In this document: one piece after another, positions 7,662-18,865 of the stretch | How the letters are laid out: each line of letters opens with the position of its first letter | Position numbering within the stretch: position 1 is the stretch's first letter | Source of the DNA: an uncultured Gammaproteobacteria bacterium | GTDB lineage: Bacteria > Pseudomonadota > Gammaproteobacteria > DRLM01 | Direction of reading: 5' to 3' | NCBI GenBank assembly: GCA_963761035.1 | Contig: CAVXFH010000002.1 | Location: 1,215,017 to 1,279,016 of the forward strand | DNA: 64,000 nucleotides | Program-made: the position numbers and the translations under genes | The notes under the pieces: generated by a model | Seen by the model: the letters and a program-made list of their open reading frames with translations, nothing else | Databases searched by the model: none | What the model was told of the DNA's origin: nothing

Positions 7662-8903
7662 ATGTGCCTGAGATGGGCGATGGCGGGAGGTGCATTGTTG
7701 CTGGCGGGTTGCGAGACCTTGGATAGCGCCATCAAGACCGCCGATTCGGCGGTCAATGCCGTCAATACCGGCACCGTGAAGAACATCACCCAGATCGCCA
7801 GCAGCCAGGACCCCGCCGCCGTGCTCAGGCAACAGGCCAAGGATCGGGCCGACTATTATAAGCGCCATCCCGGCGCCGTCCTCGACGATGTCAAGGCCGT
7901 GAAGCGCGACTTCGACAAGCTGATGAATTTTCTCCAAGGCAATGTCAGCAAGACCTGGGGCGGCAAGGAGGTCAAGGTGCCGACGCGGACCCAGTACGTC
8001 AAGTACACGCAAAACTACATGAGCCGCGCGGTGGTGGATTTCGACAAGGGCGAGGTGATGGTGGAGACGCTCGACGAGCGCGATCCCAAGGGCAGCCTCG
8101 TCAATGCCATCGTGACCACCTTGTTGACGCCGGACGACCCGCGCGCCGTGGACCTGTTCAGCGACAAGGGCATCACGTTGACCGGCGACAAAGACCCCTA
8201 TTTGAAGGGCCTGGTGGTGGACGGCAACGGCCGCAACGTCGATACGCCGGCCGCCGCCGAGGCCTACGCGAAATCCCTCGCCGATACGTCGGCCAAGCGC
8301 CGCGACATCGACGTGAACGGCGGCAGCAAGAATGCCCTGTACGTCACCATCCCCATGGTCAGCAACTTCAACAACAAGCAGGCGCAGAAATACAGCGCCG
8401 CGGTGAACAAATACGCCGCCCGGCACAACATCAGCCCCAGTCTGGTTTACGCCGTAATCCGTACCGAGAGTAATTTCAATCCTTACGCGGTCAGCGCGGC
8501 GCCCGCCTATGGCCTGATGCAATTGGTCCCGACCAGCGGCGGACGCGACGCCTACCGTAAGGTGACCGGCTCGGACGGCGTCCCCAGCAAGGAATACCTG
8601 TTCGATGCCGACAACAACATCGAACTCGGCACCGCCTACCTGAATATACTGGCCTTCAATCAACTCGACGCGGTGAGCAGCGAGGTGTCTCGCGAGTATT
8701 GCATGATCTCGGCATACAACACCGGCACCGGCAATGTCCTGAAAGTATTTTCAAGCAACCGCAGCGAGGCCATCAATACCATCAACCGCAGCGACCCCGC
8801 CAAGGTTTATAACAAACTCCGCGCCGAATTGCCCTATCAGGAAACCCGCGACTATTTGAAAAAAGTCGTCGATTACCGCAAAGAATTCGTAAGTGTAAAC
8901 TGA
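7662..8903 (+). CDS. mltC: Membrane-bound lytic murein transglycosylase C-like lipoprotein
   Basis: Lipobox LLLAGC. C-terminal SLT domain motif AVIRTESNFNPYAVSAAPAYGLMQLVPTSGGRDAY. N-terminal DUF3393-like region. Confidence 0.8.
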   Translation: MCLRWAMAGGALLLAGCETLDSAIKTADSAVNAVNTGTVKNITQIASSQDPAAVLRQQAKDRADYYKRHPGAVLDDVKAVKRDFDKLMNFLQGNVSKTWGGKEVKVPTRTQYVKYTQNYMSRAVVDFDKGEVMVETLDERDPKGSLVNAIVTTLLTPDDPRAVDLFSDKGITLTGDKDPYLKGLVVDGNGRNVDTPAAAEAYAKSLADTSAKRRDIDVNGGSKNALYVTIPMVSNFNNKQAQKYSAAVNKYAARHNISPSLVYAVIRTESNFNPYAVSAAPAYGLMQLVPTSGGRDAYRKVTGSDGVPSKEYLFDADNNIELGTAYLNILAFNQLDAVSSEVSREYCMISAYNTGTGNVLKVFSSNRSEAINTINRSDPAKVYNKLRAELPYQETRDYLKKVVDYRKEFVSVN

Positions 8904-9139
8904 CCGGGAAAACGCTGAATCGCGCGGCATCGCGTTACCGGCTAAGGTAAATCCACTAAGATGAACCCGGGCGCGGAACGGGAGAGCCGCGCGGCGATCA
9001 AGGCGGTGTACGCCAGCCGGGCGATTGTGCCGCTATTATGCAAGTTCAGGGGATGCGCCATGGGGCAATGTCCATATGCACATGAGCGCCACGCGAGCAA
9101 CGCGCACACCAAAATTTTTAGCTTCGGGGATATTACGCC

Positions 9140-9661
9140 GTGGACGAACATCAGAGTCTCAAATTAATCTTGGCCGTTCTCATTTTCATCGCCCGCCTCG
9201 GCGATATCGGATCCACCTATCTGGTCTCGCCCAAATTGACGCTCGAATCCAACCCGGTGGTGCGGCGCCTGAGATGGCCGTATGCCGGCCTGACGACGCT
9301 GGTGTGCATCCTCCCCTATTGGTCCCTGGGCGCGGGTATCGTGGTGCTGGTGGCCTCGTTGCTGGTATCCGCCTCGAACAGCAGCAAGATCTGGCTGGCC
9401 CGCGCCATGGGCGAAACGGAATACCTGGCGATGATGCTGCGCATGGCGGCGCGCGCCCAGCCGGGGCCCAGCCTCGTCTTCTCCCTGATGCCCGCCTTGT
9501 TCATGGCCATACTGGCGGCGGCGGTGATGCTCTTTTACCCCAACCCCGATACCGATCTCGGCTATTACGTGGGCCTGGGCATCCTGGGTTATGCGCTGGT
9601 CGTCGCAATTTACGGTCCCACGACCTTTCTGCGGTACCGCAAGGCGGGCCGCTCCGCCTAG
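9140..9661 (+). CDS. Hypothetical polytopic membrane protein
   Basis: 173-aa ORF with 4-5 hydrophobic helices. No recognisable motif. Confidence 0.45.
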   Translation: MDEHQSLKLILAVLIFIARLGDIGSTYLVSPKLTLESNPVVRRLRWPYAGLTTLVCILPYWSLGAGIVVLVASLLVSASNSSKIWLARAMGETEYLAMMLRMAARAQPGPSLVFSLMPALFMAILAAAVMLFYPNPDTDLGYYVGLGILGYALVVAIYGPTTFLRYRKAGRSA

Positions 9662-9706
9662 CCGGGCGAGGGCGTGCCTTAAGCACATAGAATAAGAGAC
9701 CTTGAC

Positions 9707-10159
9707 GTGAAAATACGTATTCTCGCCGCGGTGCTTCTCTTTGCAGGCTATGCCTTCGCCGGCAATCAATACGCCGCGACCTTAAGCGTAGACCCCGCCG
9801 TCTCATCCGGACAAAGCGCCCGCGCATCCGATGCCGTCATCGCCAATGCCTTCGCCAACCATGAAAGTCATCTTCAGGTTCACGGACAAGGTATCGTCAT
9901 GCGGTTGTTAGCGGAAGATGACAGCGGCAGCAGGCATCAAAGATTCATCGTTAGGCTGGCCTCCGGACAAACCCTGTTAATTGCCCATAATATCGACCTT
10001 GCTCCCAGGATCGACTCGCTGCGCGTGGGCGATTTCATCCAGTTCTACGGTGAATATCTATGGAATGAAAAAGGCGGCCTCATCCATTGGACCCATCGGG
10101 ATCCAGCCGGCGCGCACGCGGCCGGCTGGCTGCAACATCAAGGTAAGCGTTACCAGTGA
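9707..10159 (+). CDS. DUF3465 family secreted protein
   Basis: Signal peptide. Motif GSRHQRFIVRLASGQTLLIAHNIDLAPRI recalled from the DUF3465 family. Confidence 0.6.
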   Translation: MKIRILAAVLLFAGYAFAGNQYAATLSVDPAVSSGQSARASDAVIANAFANHESHLQVHGQGIVMRLLAEDDSGSRHQRFIVRLASGQTLLIAHNIDLAPRIDSLRVGDFIQFYGEYLWNEKGGLIHWTHRDPAGAHAAGWLQHQGKRYQ

Positions 10160-10242
10160 CCGATTCCCGCGAGTCATCCAAGTTCGCGGCATGCCGTATA
10201 ATTCCGCGTTGGGACCTACACTAACCGGCCGGAGTCTACATC

Positions 10243-10962
10243 ATGAAAAAGAACGGTCATGAATGCGCCGTTTGCAAGAAGGTCTATGCTCCTGCCGATG
10301 TACTCTCCGCGCATCTGGTGAGAGATTCCATCGACGCGCTTATCCGACACGACCACCCGGACTGGTCCGATGAGAGTTATATCTGCCGCTCCGATCTGGC
10401 CGTCTATCGCACCAAATACGTACATTCGCTCCTGGAGTCGGACAAGGGCGAACTCTCGAATCTCGAGAAAGATGTATTGGACAGCCTGCAAAAGCATGAA
10501 CTCATCTCATCGAATATAGACGATGCCTTCGAGCGCGACCGCAGCCTTGGCGAAAGACTGGCGGACCGGCTCGCCGCGTTTGGCGGCAGCTGGTCGTTTC
10601 TCATCATTTTCGGCCTGTTTTTGCTCGTCTGGATCATAATGAACAGCATGGTGTTGTTTTGGCGGCCGATCGATCCTTACCCTTACATATTTCTGAACCT
10701 GATCCTGTCCTGCCTCGCCGCCATTCAGGCCCCCGTCATCATGATGAGCCAGAACCGCCAGGAGGTAAAAGACCGCCGGCGCGCCGAGCATGACTATAAA
10801 GTGAACCTCAAGGCGGAGTTGGAGATCAGGCAAATCCATGAGAAATTGGACCATCTCCTGAACAAACAATGGGAGAGGCTGGTGCAGATACAGGAGATCC
10901 AGATCGAACAATTATCCGAGATCAACGAACTGAAAAATCGCCCGGCAAGACACTCCCCCTGA
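10243..10962 (+). CDS. DUF1003 domain membrane protein
   Basis: FGGSWSFLIIFGLFLLVWIIMN core followed by a coiled-coil tail, as in DUF1003. Confidence 0.6.
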   Translation: MKKNGHECAVCKKVYAPADVLSAHLVRDSIDALIRHDHPDWSDESYICRSDLAVYRTKYVHSLLESDKGELSNLEKDVLDSLQKHELISSNIDDAFERDRSLGERLADRLAAFGGSWSFLIIFGLFLLVWIIMNSMVLFWRPIDPYPYIFLNLILSCLAAIQAPVIMMSQNRQEVKDRRRAEHDYKVNLKAELEIRQIHEKLDHLLNKQWERLVQIQEIQIEQLSEINELKNRPARHSP

Positions 10963-11247
10963 CGATTACTCCTCTATGCTCCATAGGAGCGGGAATGTGT
11001 AGTTGTTGATAATCCGGCGGGTCTGCAGAATGCCTTCGGTCAAATGCGGTCTCAATCTGACAGGATAAATCGTGCGGCAGGGGATGCTCAATGGTCCCTC
11101 TGGCACGCGCCGCGCCAATTAATAGGGGATCGGCGGCGAAAGCTGTCGCCACCATGACAATCGCGGTAAAATCAGGGGGTCGATTTTAAATAGCCCGTTA
11201 GTCGCGCGCTTATTTTTTCTTATTTGAATCCGAGCGGGAGAAAGAAC

Positions 11248-11703
11248 ATGAAGGACACTAAAAATCGCGTCGCCATCGATGCGCTCAATCGCATCATGGA
11301 GCTGGAATTGGCGGGCGTGGTGCGCTACACGCACTATTCTCTCATGGTTTTTGGTTACAACCGCATCCCTATTGTTGCCTGGCTCAAGGCCAATGGGCAG
11401 GAAAGCCTTGATCATGCCCATAAGGCAGGTGAACTGGTGACCTTGCTTGGCGGTCATCCTTCTTTAAAGATCGGCGCTTTGCTTGAAACGGAGAATCACA
11501 ACATCGGCGACATTTTGCGGGAAAGCCTTGAGCATGAGAAAGCGGCGCTCGCCGCGTATTATGAACTCTTGAAGATTGCCGAGGGCCATTCCGTCCTGCT
11601 TGAGGAATATGCCCGAGACATGATCGTTGCGGAAGAATTGCATCTTGATGAGGTGAACAAGATGCTGCGCAATCCCGGAGCGATCGAGCCGTTCAAAGAG
11701 TGA
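11248..11703 (+). CDS. bfr: Bacterioferritin-like ferritin-fold protein
   Basis: MKDTKNRVAIDALN start. Diiron ligand pattern ExxH (ESLDHAH) and EELHLDE. The ORF-track start at 11224 is probably an extension. Confidence 0.6.
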   Translation: MKDTKNRVAIDALNRIMELELAGVVRYTHYSLMVFGYNRIPIVAWLKANGQESLDHAHKAGELVTLLGGHPSLKIGALLETENHNIGDILRESLEHEKAALAAYYELLKIAEGHSVLLEEYARDMIVAEELHLDEVNKMLRNPGAIEPFKE

Positions 11704-11959
11704 GTGTCTCGCGATGCCCGGCATGTAATCCAACTAGCCTAAGCGGGCGGCGCGCACTCGCTTAATCGGTGATTGCGGCCGCTGCCGTTAATATGCCGGT
11801 GGTCGCTTCGAGGCGGTGATCTCAAGCCTGACTCACCGCAAATTATCATCCGCGAATTCTACAACCGCGCTCTTATCGGTCCGTCTATCCCGGCACTTTC
11901 ACTTATACGGCAAATGACTGAAAATAGCCTCCCCTAGTCCGCAAGAGTAAAACCCTCCC

Positions 11960-13411
11960 ATGGCGTCAGCAACGTCACACGGCACCTATGCCGACGACCC
12001 GGTCGTCGACCGTTCGCTGCGCCACTCGGTGCGGGATGCGGCGGCCTACTCGGTAATGACCGGCGGCGGCGAGACTTATTTCTCCGCCTTTGCGGTGTTT
12101 CTCAAGGCCACCACCACGCAGATGGCGTTGTTGGCCTCGCTGCCGTCGCTGCTCGGTTCCTTCGCCCAATTGTTTTCGGCGTGGTGGGGACATCGCAAGG
12201 GCGTGCGCAAATCGCTCATCCTCAACGGCGTCTATCTGCAAGCCGCCACCTGGCTGCCCTTGATGGCCTTACCCCTATTGTTTCCCGAGTACGCGATGCC
12301 GTTGTTGATCGTATGCGTAATCTGCTATCAGGCCGCCGGCCACCTGGCGGTCCCCCAGTGGAGCAGCATGATCGGCGATCTGGTGCCGGAACGGTCGCGC
12401 GGCCGATTCTTTGCACTGCGCACCCGGCTGGCCAGCGTGATGTCGTTTATCGCCCTGATCCTCGCCGGTGCGACCTTGAACCACTTCGACGGCAGCGGGT
12501 CGACCTTGACCGGTTACCTGGTGATCTTCGCCGTCGCCGCCGTCGCGCGCCTGATCTCCGCCTATCACCTCGGTCAAATGCACGATCCGCCGCGCACCGG
12601 CGCGGTCTTCGCGCTTCCCGGCGCCGGGGATATCCTGCGCCGCGCCCGCCATTCCGCCTTCGCGCGCTTCTCGTTCTTTTTCGCCGCGATGCAATTTTCC
12701 GTGGCCGTCGCTTCGCCGTTTTTTACGCTGTATATGCTGCGCGATCTGCACTTCACCTATCTGATGTTCATGACCAATACCGCCGCCACGGTGTTGATGC
12801 AGTTCCTGACCCTGAACATGTGGGGACGGATCAGCGACCGTTTCGGCAATCGCCTGGTGCTGGCGACCACCGGCGCGGTCATTCCGTTCTTTCCGTCCTT
12901 GTGGCTGGTATCCGTCGATTACTGGTACCTGCTGGCCCTGCAAGCCGTGGGCGGTTTGGTGTGGGCCGGTTTCAGTTTGAGCGCGAGCAATTTCGTCTAT
13001 GACCTGGTGCCCAGCCCCAAGCGCGCCACCTATGTGGCCTATCACAATATCTTGATGGGCATCGGGGTGTTCATCGGCGCGATGCTTGGCGGCTGGCTGG
13101 GCCAGGTCTTGCCCACCCACATCACCTTGGGCGGCAAGCTGCTCTCCTGGGACAGTGCCCTGCTGGGGGTGTTTCTCATCTCCACGCTGCTCCGACTGGT
13201 GATCGCCTTGCTGCTCATCCCCCACTTGCGGGAAGTGCGCGAAGTGCCGCCGATGTCGGCCAGCGGTTTGATCTTCCGCGTGTCGGGCTTCAATGCCCTG
13301 GCGGGCTTGATCTTCGGCATGGTCCTGCCGCGCCGGCGTCCGCGCGGCGCTAATGAAACGTTCGATGGAGATGGGTTGAGTAAACTCGCTAAACCGCGTC
13401 GGAGAAAATAA
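11960..13411 (+). CDS. MFS transporter
   Basis: 483 aa, about 12 TM segments, MFS-like loop GHRKGVRKS and RGRFFALR. Confidence 0.7.
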   Translation: MASATSHGTYADDPVVDRSLRHSVRDAAAYSVMTGGGETYFSAFAVFLKATTTQMALLASLPSLLGSFAQLFSAWWGHRKGVRKSLILNGVYLQAATWLPLMALPLLFPEYAMPLLIVCVICYQAAGHLAVPQWSSMIGDLVPERSRGRFFALRTRLASVMSFIALILAGATLNHFDGSGSTLTGYLVIFAVAAVARLISAYHLGQMHDPPRTGAVFALPGAGDILRRARHSAFARFSFFFAAMQFSVAVASPFFTLYMLRDLHFTYLMFMTNTAATVLMQFLTLNMWGRISDRFGNRLVLATTGAVIPFFPSLWLVSVDYWYLLALQAVGGLVWAGFSLSASNFVYDLVPSPKRATYVAYHNILMGIGVFIGAMLGGWLGQVLPTHITLGGKLLSWDSALLGVFLISTLLRLVIALLLIPHLREVREVPPMSASGLIFRVSGFNALAGLIFGMVLPRRRPRGANETFDGDGLSKLAKPRRRK

Positions 13412-13466
13412 CATATCTGCCCGGTGTTCTTCGCGACCGCGGCGGCGCAGCCGCCCCGGTTTTTTC

Positions 13467-14399
13467 TCAGAACCCGTAACCGAAGTTTTCCTTGAAGCGC
13501 TGGTGGAACTGCTCGCGCGTGAAGCGATAGTTCTGGGTACCGTGGGTCTCGATCTTGATGGCGCCCATCAAGGAAGCGATGCGGCCGGTGGTCTCCCAAT
13601 CCATATCGTTGCTCAAGCCATAGAGCAGTCCCGCGCGGAAGGCGTCGCCGCAGCCGGTGGGATCGAGCACCTGTCCCGGCATGGCGGCGGGGATATCGAT
13701 GCGCCGTTCCTTGACATAGATATGGGCGCCCTTGGCGCCCAGGGTGATAATCAACCCCTCCACCCGCTCCGCGATCTGGTGGGGCGCGAGGCCGGTGCGT
13801 TCCTGCAAGACCTGCGATTCGTAATCGTTGACCGTGACCCAGGCGGCCTGATCGATGAAGACCTTGAAATCGTCGCCGTTGAACATGGGCATGCCCTGGC
13901 CGGGGTCGAAGATGAAGGGGATCTTGGCCGCCGCGAATTGCGCGGCGTGTTCGACCATGCCGTCGCGCCCATCGGGGGAGACGATGCCGAGCTTCACGCC
14001 CCGGGCGCTGTCCACGCGGTTCTCGTGGGCGAAGGACATCGCGCCGGGGTGGAAGGCGGTGATCTGATTGTCGTCCATGTCGGTGGTGATATAGGCCTGG
14101 GCGGTATAGGCCGTGTCGATGGTCTTGATGTGCGTCAGGGGGATATGACGGCTCTCGAGCCATTGGGCGTAAGTAGCGAAATCCGCGCCCACCGTGGCCA
14201 TGGGCAAGGGCTTGCCGTCCAGCATCTTCAAGCCGTAGGCGATGTTGCCGGCGCAGCCGCCGAACTCTCTTCGCATCTCCGGCACCAGAAACGACACATT
14301 GAGGATATGCACCTTGTCGGGAAGGATGTGATTTTTAAATCGGTCCTTGAACACCATGATGGTATCGAAGGCCATGGAACCGCAGATCAATGCCGACAT
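13467..14399 (-). CDS. PfkB-family carbohydrate/nucleoside kinase (adenosine kinase-like)
   Basis: C-terminal DPTGCGDAFRAGLLYGL anion-hole motif. Start chosen at the second ATG, which has a GAGGAA RBS. Confidence 0.75.
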   Translation of the reverse strand: MSALICGSMAFDTIMVFKDRFKNHILPDKVHILNVSFLVPEMRREFGGCAGNIAYGLKMLDGKPLPMATVGADFATYAQWLESRHIPLTHIKTIDTAYTAQAYITTDMDDNQITAFHPGAMSFAHENRVDSARGVKLGIVSPDGRDGMVEHAAQFAAAKIPFIFDPGQGMPMFNGDDFKVFIDQAAWVTVNDYESQVLQERTGLAPHQIAERVEGLIITLGAKGAHIYVKERRIDIPAAMPGQVLDPTGCGDAFRAGLLYGLSNDMDWETTGRIASLMGAIKIETHGTQNYRFTREQFHQRFKENFGYGF

Positions 14400-14442
14400 T
14401 TTTTTATTCCTCATCGTCGCCGCGCGGCCGCGCGGCTTAGTA

Positions 14443-14802
14443 TTAACTCGACAGTATCAGGGTCCACACGATTACCGCGTTGAGGATGGCCACAAACACC
14501 GCCGCCGATCCCAAATCCTTGGCCCGCTCCGAGAGCGGATTGTGATCCAGGCTGACGCGATCCACCGCGGCCTCGACGCCGGAATTGAGCAGCTCCACCA
14601 GCAAGATCAGCAACAGACTACCGATCAGCAGCGCCCGCTGTAAACCGCTCTCCCCCCACCACAGAGCCAGCGGCATCAGCGGAACCGCCACAATGACCTC
14701 GAAGCGAAACGATGCCTCCTGGATCCACGCCGCGCGCAGCCCGGCCAGGGAATAACCGGTGGCCTTACTCAAACGCGTCAGGGAGTACCAATGATCGGAC
14801 AT
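14443..14802 (-). CDS. dgkA: Diacylglycerol kinase
   Basis: 119 aa with 3 TM helices. The motif ...EVIVAVPLMPLALWWGESG...ELLNSGVEAAVDRVSLDHNPLSERAKDLGSAAV is DgkA-like. Confidence 0.75.
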   Translation of the reverse strand: MSDHWYSLTRLSKATGYSLAGLRAAWIQEASFRFEVIVAVPLMPLALWWGESGLQRALLIGSLLLILLVELLNSGVEAAVDRVSLDHNPLSERAKDLGSAAVFVAILNAVIVWTLILSS

Positions 14803-14806
14803 AACA

Positions 14807-16285
14807 TCAACCGGCGGCCTTTACCATCCCGGCGGGAGATGGGTTGTTCCAGACAAGATCCAGCTCGCGCGCGGCGCGCACGTCGTCGAGCCGCTTCACC
14901 GGCAAGCTGTGGGGGGCGCCCTTCACCAGCGCCGGCTCGCATTCCGCCTCCCGTTGAATCTGTTCCATGGCCGCGACGAACCCGTCCAGGGTGTCCTTGC
15001 TCTCGGTCTCGGTGGGCTCGATGAGCAGACACTCGGGCACCAGCAACGGAAAATAGGTGGTCGGCGCGTGGAAGCCGTAATCCAGCAGGCGCTTGGCGAA
15101 ATCCATGGCGGTGACATCCAGTTCCTTGGCCTGCGTCTTGAGGGTCACGATGAATTCATGGGTGGCGCGCCGCTTGGGGAACGCCGGTTTGAAACCGCGT
15201 TTGGTCAATTCCGCCATTAAATAATTGGCGTTCAGGGTGGCGAACTCGGCGACCCGTTCCATGCCTTCGCGGCCCAGCATGCGGGCGTAGATATAGGCGC
15301 GCAACAGCACGCCGGCATTGCCCATGAAGGCGGACAAGCGGCCGATGCTTTGCGGACAATCTTTTTCTGTGAGCCAACGATAGCTGTCGCCCTCCCGCGC
15401 CACCCGCGGTATCGGCAGGAACGGCAACAGACGTTCGCTCACCGCCACCGGTCCGGCGCCGGGACCGCCGCCGCCGTGGGGCGTGGAAAAGGTCTTGTGC
15501 AGATTCAGATGCACCACGTCGAAACCCATGTCGCCCGGCTTGACCTTGCCGAGGATGGCGTTGAGATTGGCGCCGTCATAATAGAGCAGGCCGCCCGCCT
15601 GGTGCACGATCCTGGCGATGTCGACGATGCGCCGTTCGAACACCCCGAGGGTGGACGGATTGGTGAGCATGATGCCGGCGGTGTGCGGACCCACCGCGGC
15701 GCGCAGGGCATCGAGATCCACGTCGCCCTGATCGTCGGTGGGAATCTCCCGCACCGTGTAGCCGCACATCACCGCCGTGGCGGGATTGGTGCCGTGGGCC
15801 GCGTCGGGCACGAGGATCTCGCGGCGCGCCGTGTCGTTACGGGCGTCGTGATAGGCGCGGATCATGGCCACGCCGGCGAATTCGCCTTGGGCGCCGGCCA
15901 TGGGCGTCAATGACACACCGCGCATGCCGGTGACGTCCTTGAGTATCTCCTGCAAGTCGTATAGACAGGCGAGGAAGCCTTGACTCAGGGACGCCGGACT
16001 CAAGGGATGGCGATCGCGCAGGCCCGGCAACAACGCCAAGCTGTTACAGGCCCGCGGGTTGTACTTCATGGTGCAGGAGCCCAGCGGATAAAAATGGGTG
16101 TCGATGGAGAAGTTTTTCTGCGACAGGCGCGTGTAGTGGCGCACCACCTGTAACTCCGAGGCCTCGGGCAGCGCGGGCCGCCGTTTGCGCCGCAGCGCAT
16201 CCGGTATATCGTTCACCGCGGCGACCGCCTTGGGCGCCTGTCCATAGGCGCGGCGCCCGGGACGGGATTGTTCGAAGATCAACAT
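14807..16285 (-). CDS. gcvPB: Glycine dehydrogenase (decarboxylating) subunit 2
   Basis: [14 protein letters not shown]-terminus and PLP-dependent P-protein C-terminal-half motifs. The ORF-track start at 16390 overlaps tpx and is an extension. Confidence 0.85.
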   Translation of the reverse strand: MLIFEQSRPGRRAYGQAPKAVAAVNDIPDALRRKRRPALPEASELQVVRHYTRLSQKNFSIDTHFYPLGSCTMKYNPRACNSLALLPGLRDRHPLSPASLSQGFLACLYDLQEILKDVTGMRGVSLTPMAGAQGEFAGVAMIRAYHDARNDTARREILVPDAAHGTNPATAVMCGYTVREIPTDDQGDVDLDALRAAVGPHTAGIMLTNPSTLGVFERRIVDIARIVHQAGGLLYYDGANLNAILGKVKPGDMGFDVVHLNLHKTFSTPHGGGGPGAGPVAVSERLLPFLPIPRVAREGDSYRWLTEKDCPQSIGRLSAFMGNAGVLLRAYIYARMLGREGMERVAEFATLNANYLMAELTKRGFKPAFPKRRATHEFIVTLKTQAKELDVTAMDFAKRLLDYGFHAPTTYFPLLVPECLLIEPTETESKDTLDGFVAAMEQIQREAECEPALVKGAPHSLPVKRLDDVRAARELDLVWNNPSPAGMVKAAG

Positions 16286-16304
16286 AGTTACCTCTTTATG
16301 ATGG

Positions 16305-16802
16305 TTACAGCGCCGCCAGGGCCTTTTCGTAATTGGGCTCCTGGGCGATCTCCGGCACCAGTTCCGTGTACCCCACCCGGTTATCCGCATCGACGACCAC
16401 TACCGCCCGCGCCGTAATACCGGCCAAGGGGCCGTCCTGAATCAGCACGCCGTAATCCCTGGCGAAGTCGTGCGAGCGCATCATGGACAGGGTAACGACA
16501 TTGGCGATGCCTTCCGCTTTGCAGAAGCGGCCTTGAGCGAAGGGCAGGTCCGCGGAGACGGTGAGGATCACCACATCGTCGCGGCCCTTGGCATAGTCGT
16601 TGAACTTCTTGGTGGAGATGGCGCATACCGAGGTGTCGAGGCTGGGTACGATGTTCAATAACTTTTTCTTGCCCTTGTACGTTCCGAGTTTGACATCGTT
16701 GAGATCCTTGTCCACCAAATGGAAGTCCGGCGCGGGGCTGCCGACCGCGGGAAGATTGCCGTTGGTGTGGATCGCATTGCCTTTGAGCGTAATCGTCGCC
16801 AT
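16305..16802 (-). CDS. tpx: Thiol peroxidase (atypical 2-Cys peroxiredoxin)
   Basis: [15 protein letters not shown]...[18 protein letters not shown]... is the canonical Tpx sequence. The gene sits between gcvPA and gcvPB. Confidence 0.85.
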   Translation of the reverse strand: MATITLKGNAIHTNGNLPAVGSPAPDFHLVDKDLNDVKLGTYKGKKKLLNIVPSLDTSVCAISTKKFNDYAKGRDDVVILTVSADLPFAQGRFCKAEGIANVVTLSMMRSHDFARDYGVLIQDGPLAGITARAVVVVDADNRVGYTELVPEIAQEPNYEKALAAL

Positions 16803-16835
16803 GGTGTGCTCCTTTCAGAGGGTGATCAACAACCG

Positions 16836-18194
16836 TTATTGTTTCAGTATAGCGTCCAGCCGGGTCGCGTAAGCATCGAGATCGGCCTCGGTCTTGATCT
16901 CGGTGGCGCATACCAGCAGCGCCTCGCCCAGTTCCGGATAATCTTCCCGAAGGCTATATCCGCCCACGATGCCCTGCGCCGCCAGCGCCTCCAGCACGGG
17001 TGCAACGGGGCGATTGAGGCGCAACACCGCCTCATGAAATACGGGGCGGGTAAAGACGCGGGACACTCCGGGTAGCGCGGTAAGCTTCTCTACCAGGCGC
17101 ACGGTATTGGCATGGCTGGCCGCCGCCACCCGCTCCAGTCCGTCCGCGCCCAGCAGCGCCATATAGATGGTAGCGGCGGTAACCGCCAGGCCCTGGTTGG
17201 TACAGATGTTGGACGTCGCCTTGGAACGGCGGATGTGTTGCTCGCGGGCCTGCAAGGTCAGGGTGAAACCCGGTTTGCCGTCGCGGTCCAAGGTGCGGCC
17301 GACGATGCGCCCCGGCATCTGCCGCACCCAATCCCGCTTGCAGCACATGAAACCGAAATACGGTCCGCCGGAAGACAGCGGAATACCCAAGGGCTGGCCT
17401 TCGCCGCACACGATATCCGCGCCGCTCTGTCCCCATTCGCCCGGCGCCTTCAGCAAGGCCAAGGACACGGGATTCACCGCCGCGATTGCCAGCATCCCAT
17501 GTTCATGGGCCCAATCGCACAGGGTATCCGCATCCTCCATCACCCCGAAAAAATTGGGCTGAGGGATGACCAGCGCCGCGAAGTCTTCGCCCTCGAAACG
17601 CGCCAGGGATTTGGGGACGGTATCGCCGCACTCTCCGCAATAGGGCAAGTCCACCAACTCGATGCCTTGATTGTGCACCACGGCATGCACCACCTTGCGA
17701 TAGACGGGATGTACCGTGGCCGGCATGAGAATGCGCTTGGATTTGGAATGGCGGTTGGCGCGCACCGCCATCAACACCGCCTCGGCCAAGGCGGAGGCGC
17801 CGTCGTAGAGCGAGGCATTGGACACATCCATGCCGGTGAGGCCGGCCATCATCGTCTGGTATTCATAGAGCACCTGCAAGGTGCCTTGGCTGGCCTCGGC
17901 CTGATACGGCGTATACGCGGTGTAAAATTCGCCGCGGGTGGTGATCTCCCATACCGCGGCGGGAATGTGGTGCTGATAGGCGCCGGCCCCGGCGAAGCAC
18001 AGGGCGTTACCGTCCCGGGCGGCCCGTTCGGCCATCAGGCGCGCGACCTCCATTTCGGAAAGACCGGCGGGCACCTGCTTGAGGGTACTCCTCAGCGCCG
18101 CGGGGATTTCATCGAACAGATCCTCAATGCGCGCCGCGCCAACGGCGGCCAGCATGTCGCGGACTTCTTGTTCAGTGTGCGGAATAAACGGCAT
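16836..18194 (-). CDS. gcvPA: Glycine dehydrogenase (decarboxylating) subunit 1
   Basis: [19 protein letters not shown]... is the canonical N-terminal-half P-protein sequence. Confidence 0.85.
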   Translation of the reverse strand: MPFIPHTEQEVRDMLAAVGAARIEDLFDEIPAALRSTLKQVPAGLSEMEVARLMAERAARDGNALCFAGAGAYQHHIPAAVWEITTRGEFYTAYTPYQAEASQGTLQVLYEYQTMMAGLTGMDVSNASLYDGASALAEAVLMAVRANRHSKSKRILMPATVHPVYRKVVHAVVHNQGIELVDLPYCGECGDTVPKSLARFEGEDFAALVIPQPNFFGVMEDADTLCDWAHEHGMLAIAAVNPVSLALLKAPGEWGQSGADIVCGEGQPLGIPLSSGGPYFGFMCCKRDWVRQMPGRIVGRTLDRDGKPGFTLTLQAREQHIRRSKATSNICTNQGLAVTAATIYMALLGADGLERVAAASHANTVRLVEKLTALPGVSRVFTRPVFHEAVLRLNRPVAPVLEALAAQGIVGGYSLREDYPELGEALLVCATEIKTEADLDAYATRLDAILKQ

Positions 18195-18236
18195 GACGCT
18201 ACTCTTTAGAAATGCCTCCCCACGCTGCGGGCTGTA

Positions 18237-18632
18237 TCAATGTTCTTCGCTCTCGACCTGCGCCCGGTAACCGTCGGCGTCCAGCAGCGCATCCACCTCG
18301 GCCATGGCGGCGGGTCTGATGCGCATCATCCAGCCTGCGCCGAAGGGTTCCTTGTTCACCAGCTCCGGACTGTCGCTGATAGCCTCGTTCACCGCCACCA
18401 CTTCGCCGGCTAGCGGGCTGTAGACGTCGGAGGCGGCCTTCACCGATTCCACCACGGCGCATTCCTCGCCGGCCTTGAGCCGGCGTCCCGGTTCGGGCAG
18501 TTCGACGAACACCATGTCGCCCAATAGATCCTGGGCATGGTCGGTGATGCCCACGGTAACGGTGCCGTCGCCTTCGCGCCGCACCCATTCGTGACTCTTG
18601 GTGTATTTCAGCTCGGCTGGAATCGTGCTCAT
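18237..18632 (-). CDS. gcvH: Glycine cleavage system H protein (lipoyl carrier)
   Basis: ...[41 protein letters not shown]..., with the lipoyl-lysine in ESVKAAS. Confidence 0.85.
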   Translation of the reverse strand: MSTIPAELKYTKSHEWVRREGDGTVTVGITDHAQDLLGDMVFVELPEPGRRLKAGEECAVVESVKAASDVYSPLAGEVVAVNEAISDSPELVNKEPFGAGWMMRIRPAAMAEVDALLDADGYRAQVESEEH

Positions 18633-18664
18633 CTGATTGCCCTTTATCAATGGATATAACTAAC

Positions 18665-18835
18665 ATCCCTCATCCCAACCCTTCTCCCGGAGGGAGAAGG
18701 GCTTTTTCTTCCCTCTCCCTCCGGGATTTATGCCCTTCAGGGTAGAGGGATAGAGGGTGAGGCAACTCTACCTAAATCTTTTCACCTACTCTCCCTCTTC
18801 CTTCGGGAGAGGGATGCATGGTTTACCACAAAGCT
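18665..18835. repeat. REP-like palindromic elements, about 3 units (copy 3), in the gcvH-gcvT spacer
   Basis: CCCTCATCCCAACCCTTCTCCCGGAGGGAGAAGGGC ... TTCCCTCTCCCTCCGGGATTTATGCCCTTCAGGGTAGAGGGATAGAGGGTGAGG ... CTCTCCCTCTTCCTTCGGGAGAGGGAT. Confidence 0.65.
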
Positions 18836-18865
18836 TAGAAATGTTCGTACGCCCGCATCACCCAA

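Noticed and set aside
7659-8663. 334-aa minus-strand ORF antisense to mltC
   Set aside because: Low-complexity V/G/A/D-rich translation of the complementary strand of a well-supported gene.
9164-9827. Minus-strand ORFs 9164..9769 and 9501..9827 overlapping the membrane-protein gene and the DUF3465 gene
   Set aside because: H/R/G/Q-rich composition. They overlap better-supported plus-strand ORFs with a signal peptide and TM helices.
12275-14483. Long antisense ORFs (12275..13414 minus, 13042..14163 minus, 13503..14483 plus) over the MFS transporter and PfkB kinase genes
   Set aside because: R/G/H/Q-rich nonsense composition. The sense-strand genes have family motifs.
17112-18209. 365-aa plus-strand ORF antisense to gcvPA
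   Set aside because: Shadow ORF. gcvPA is unambiguous.
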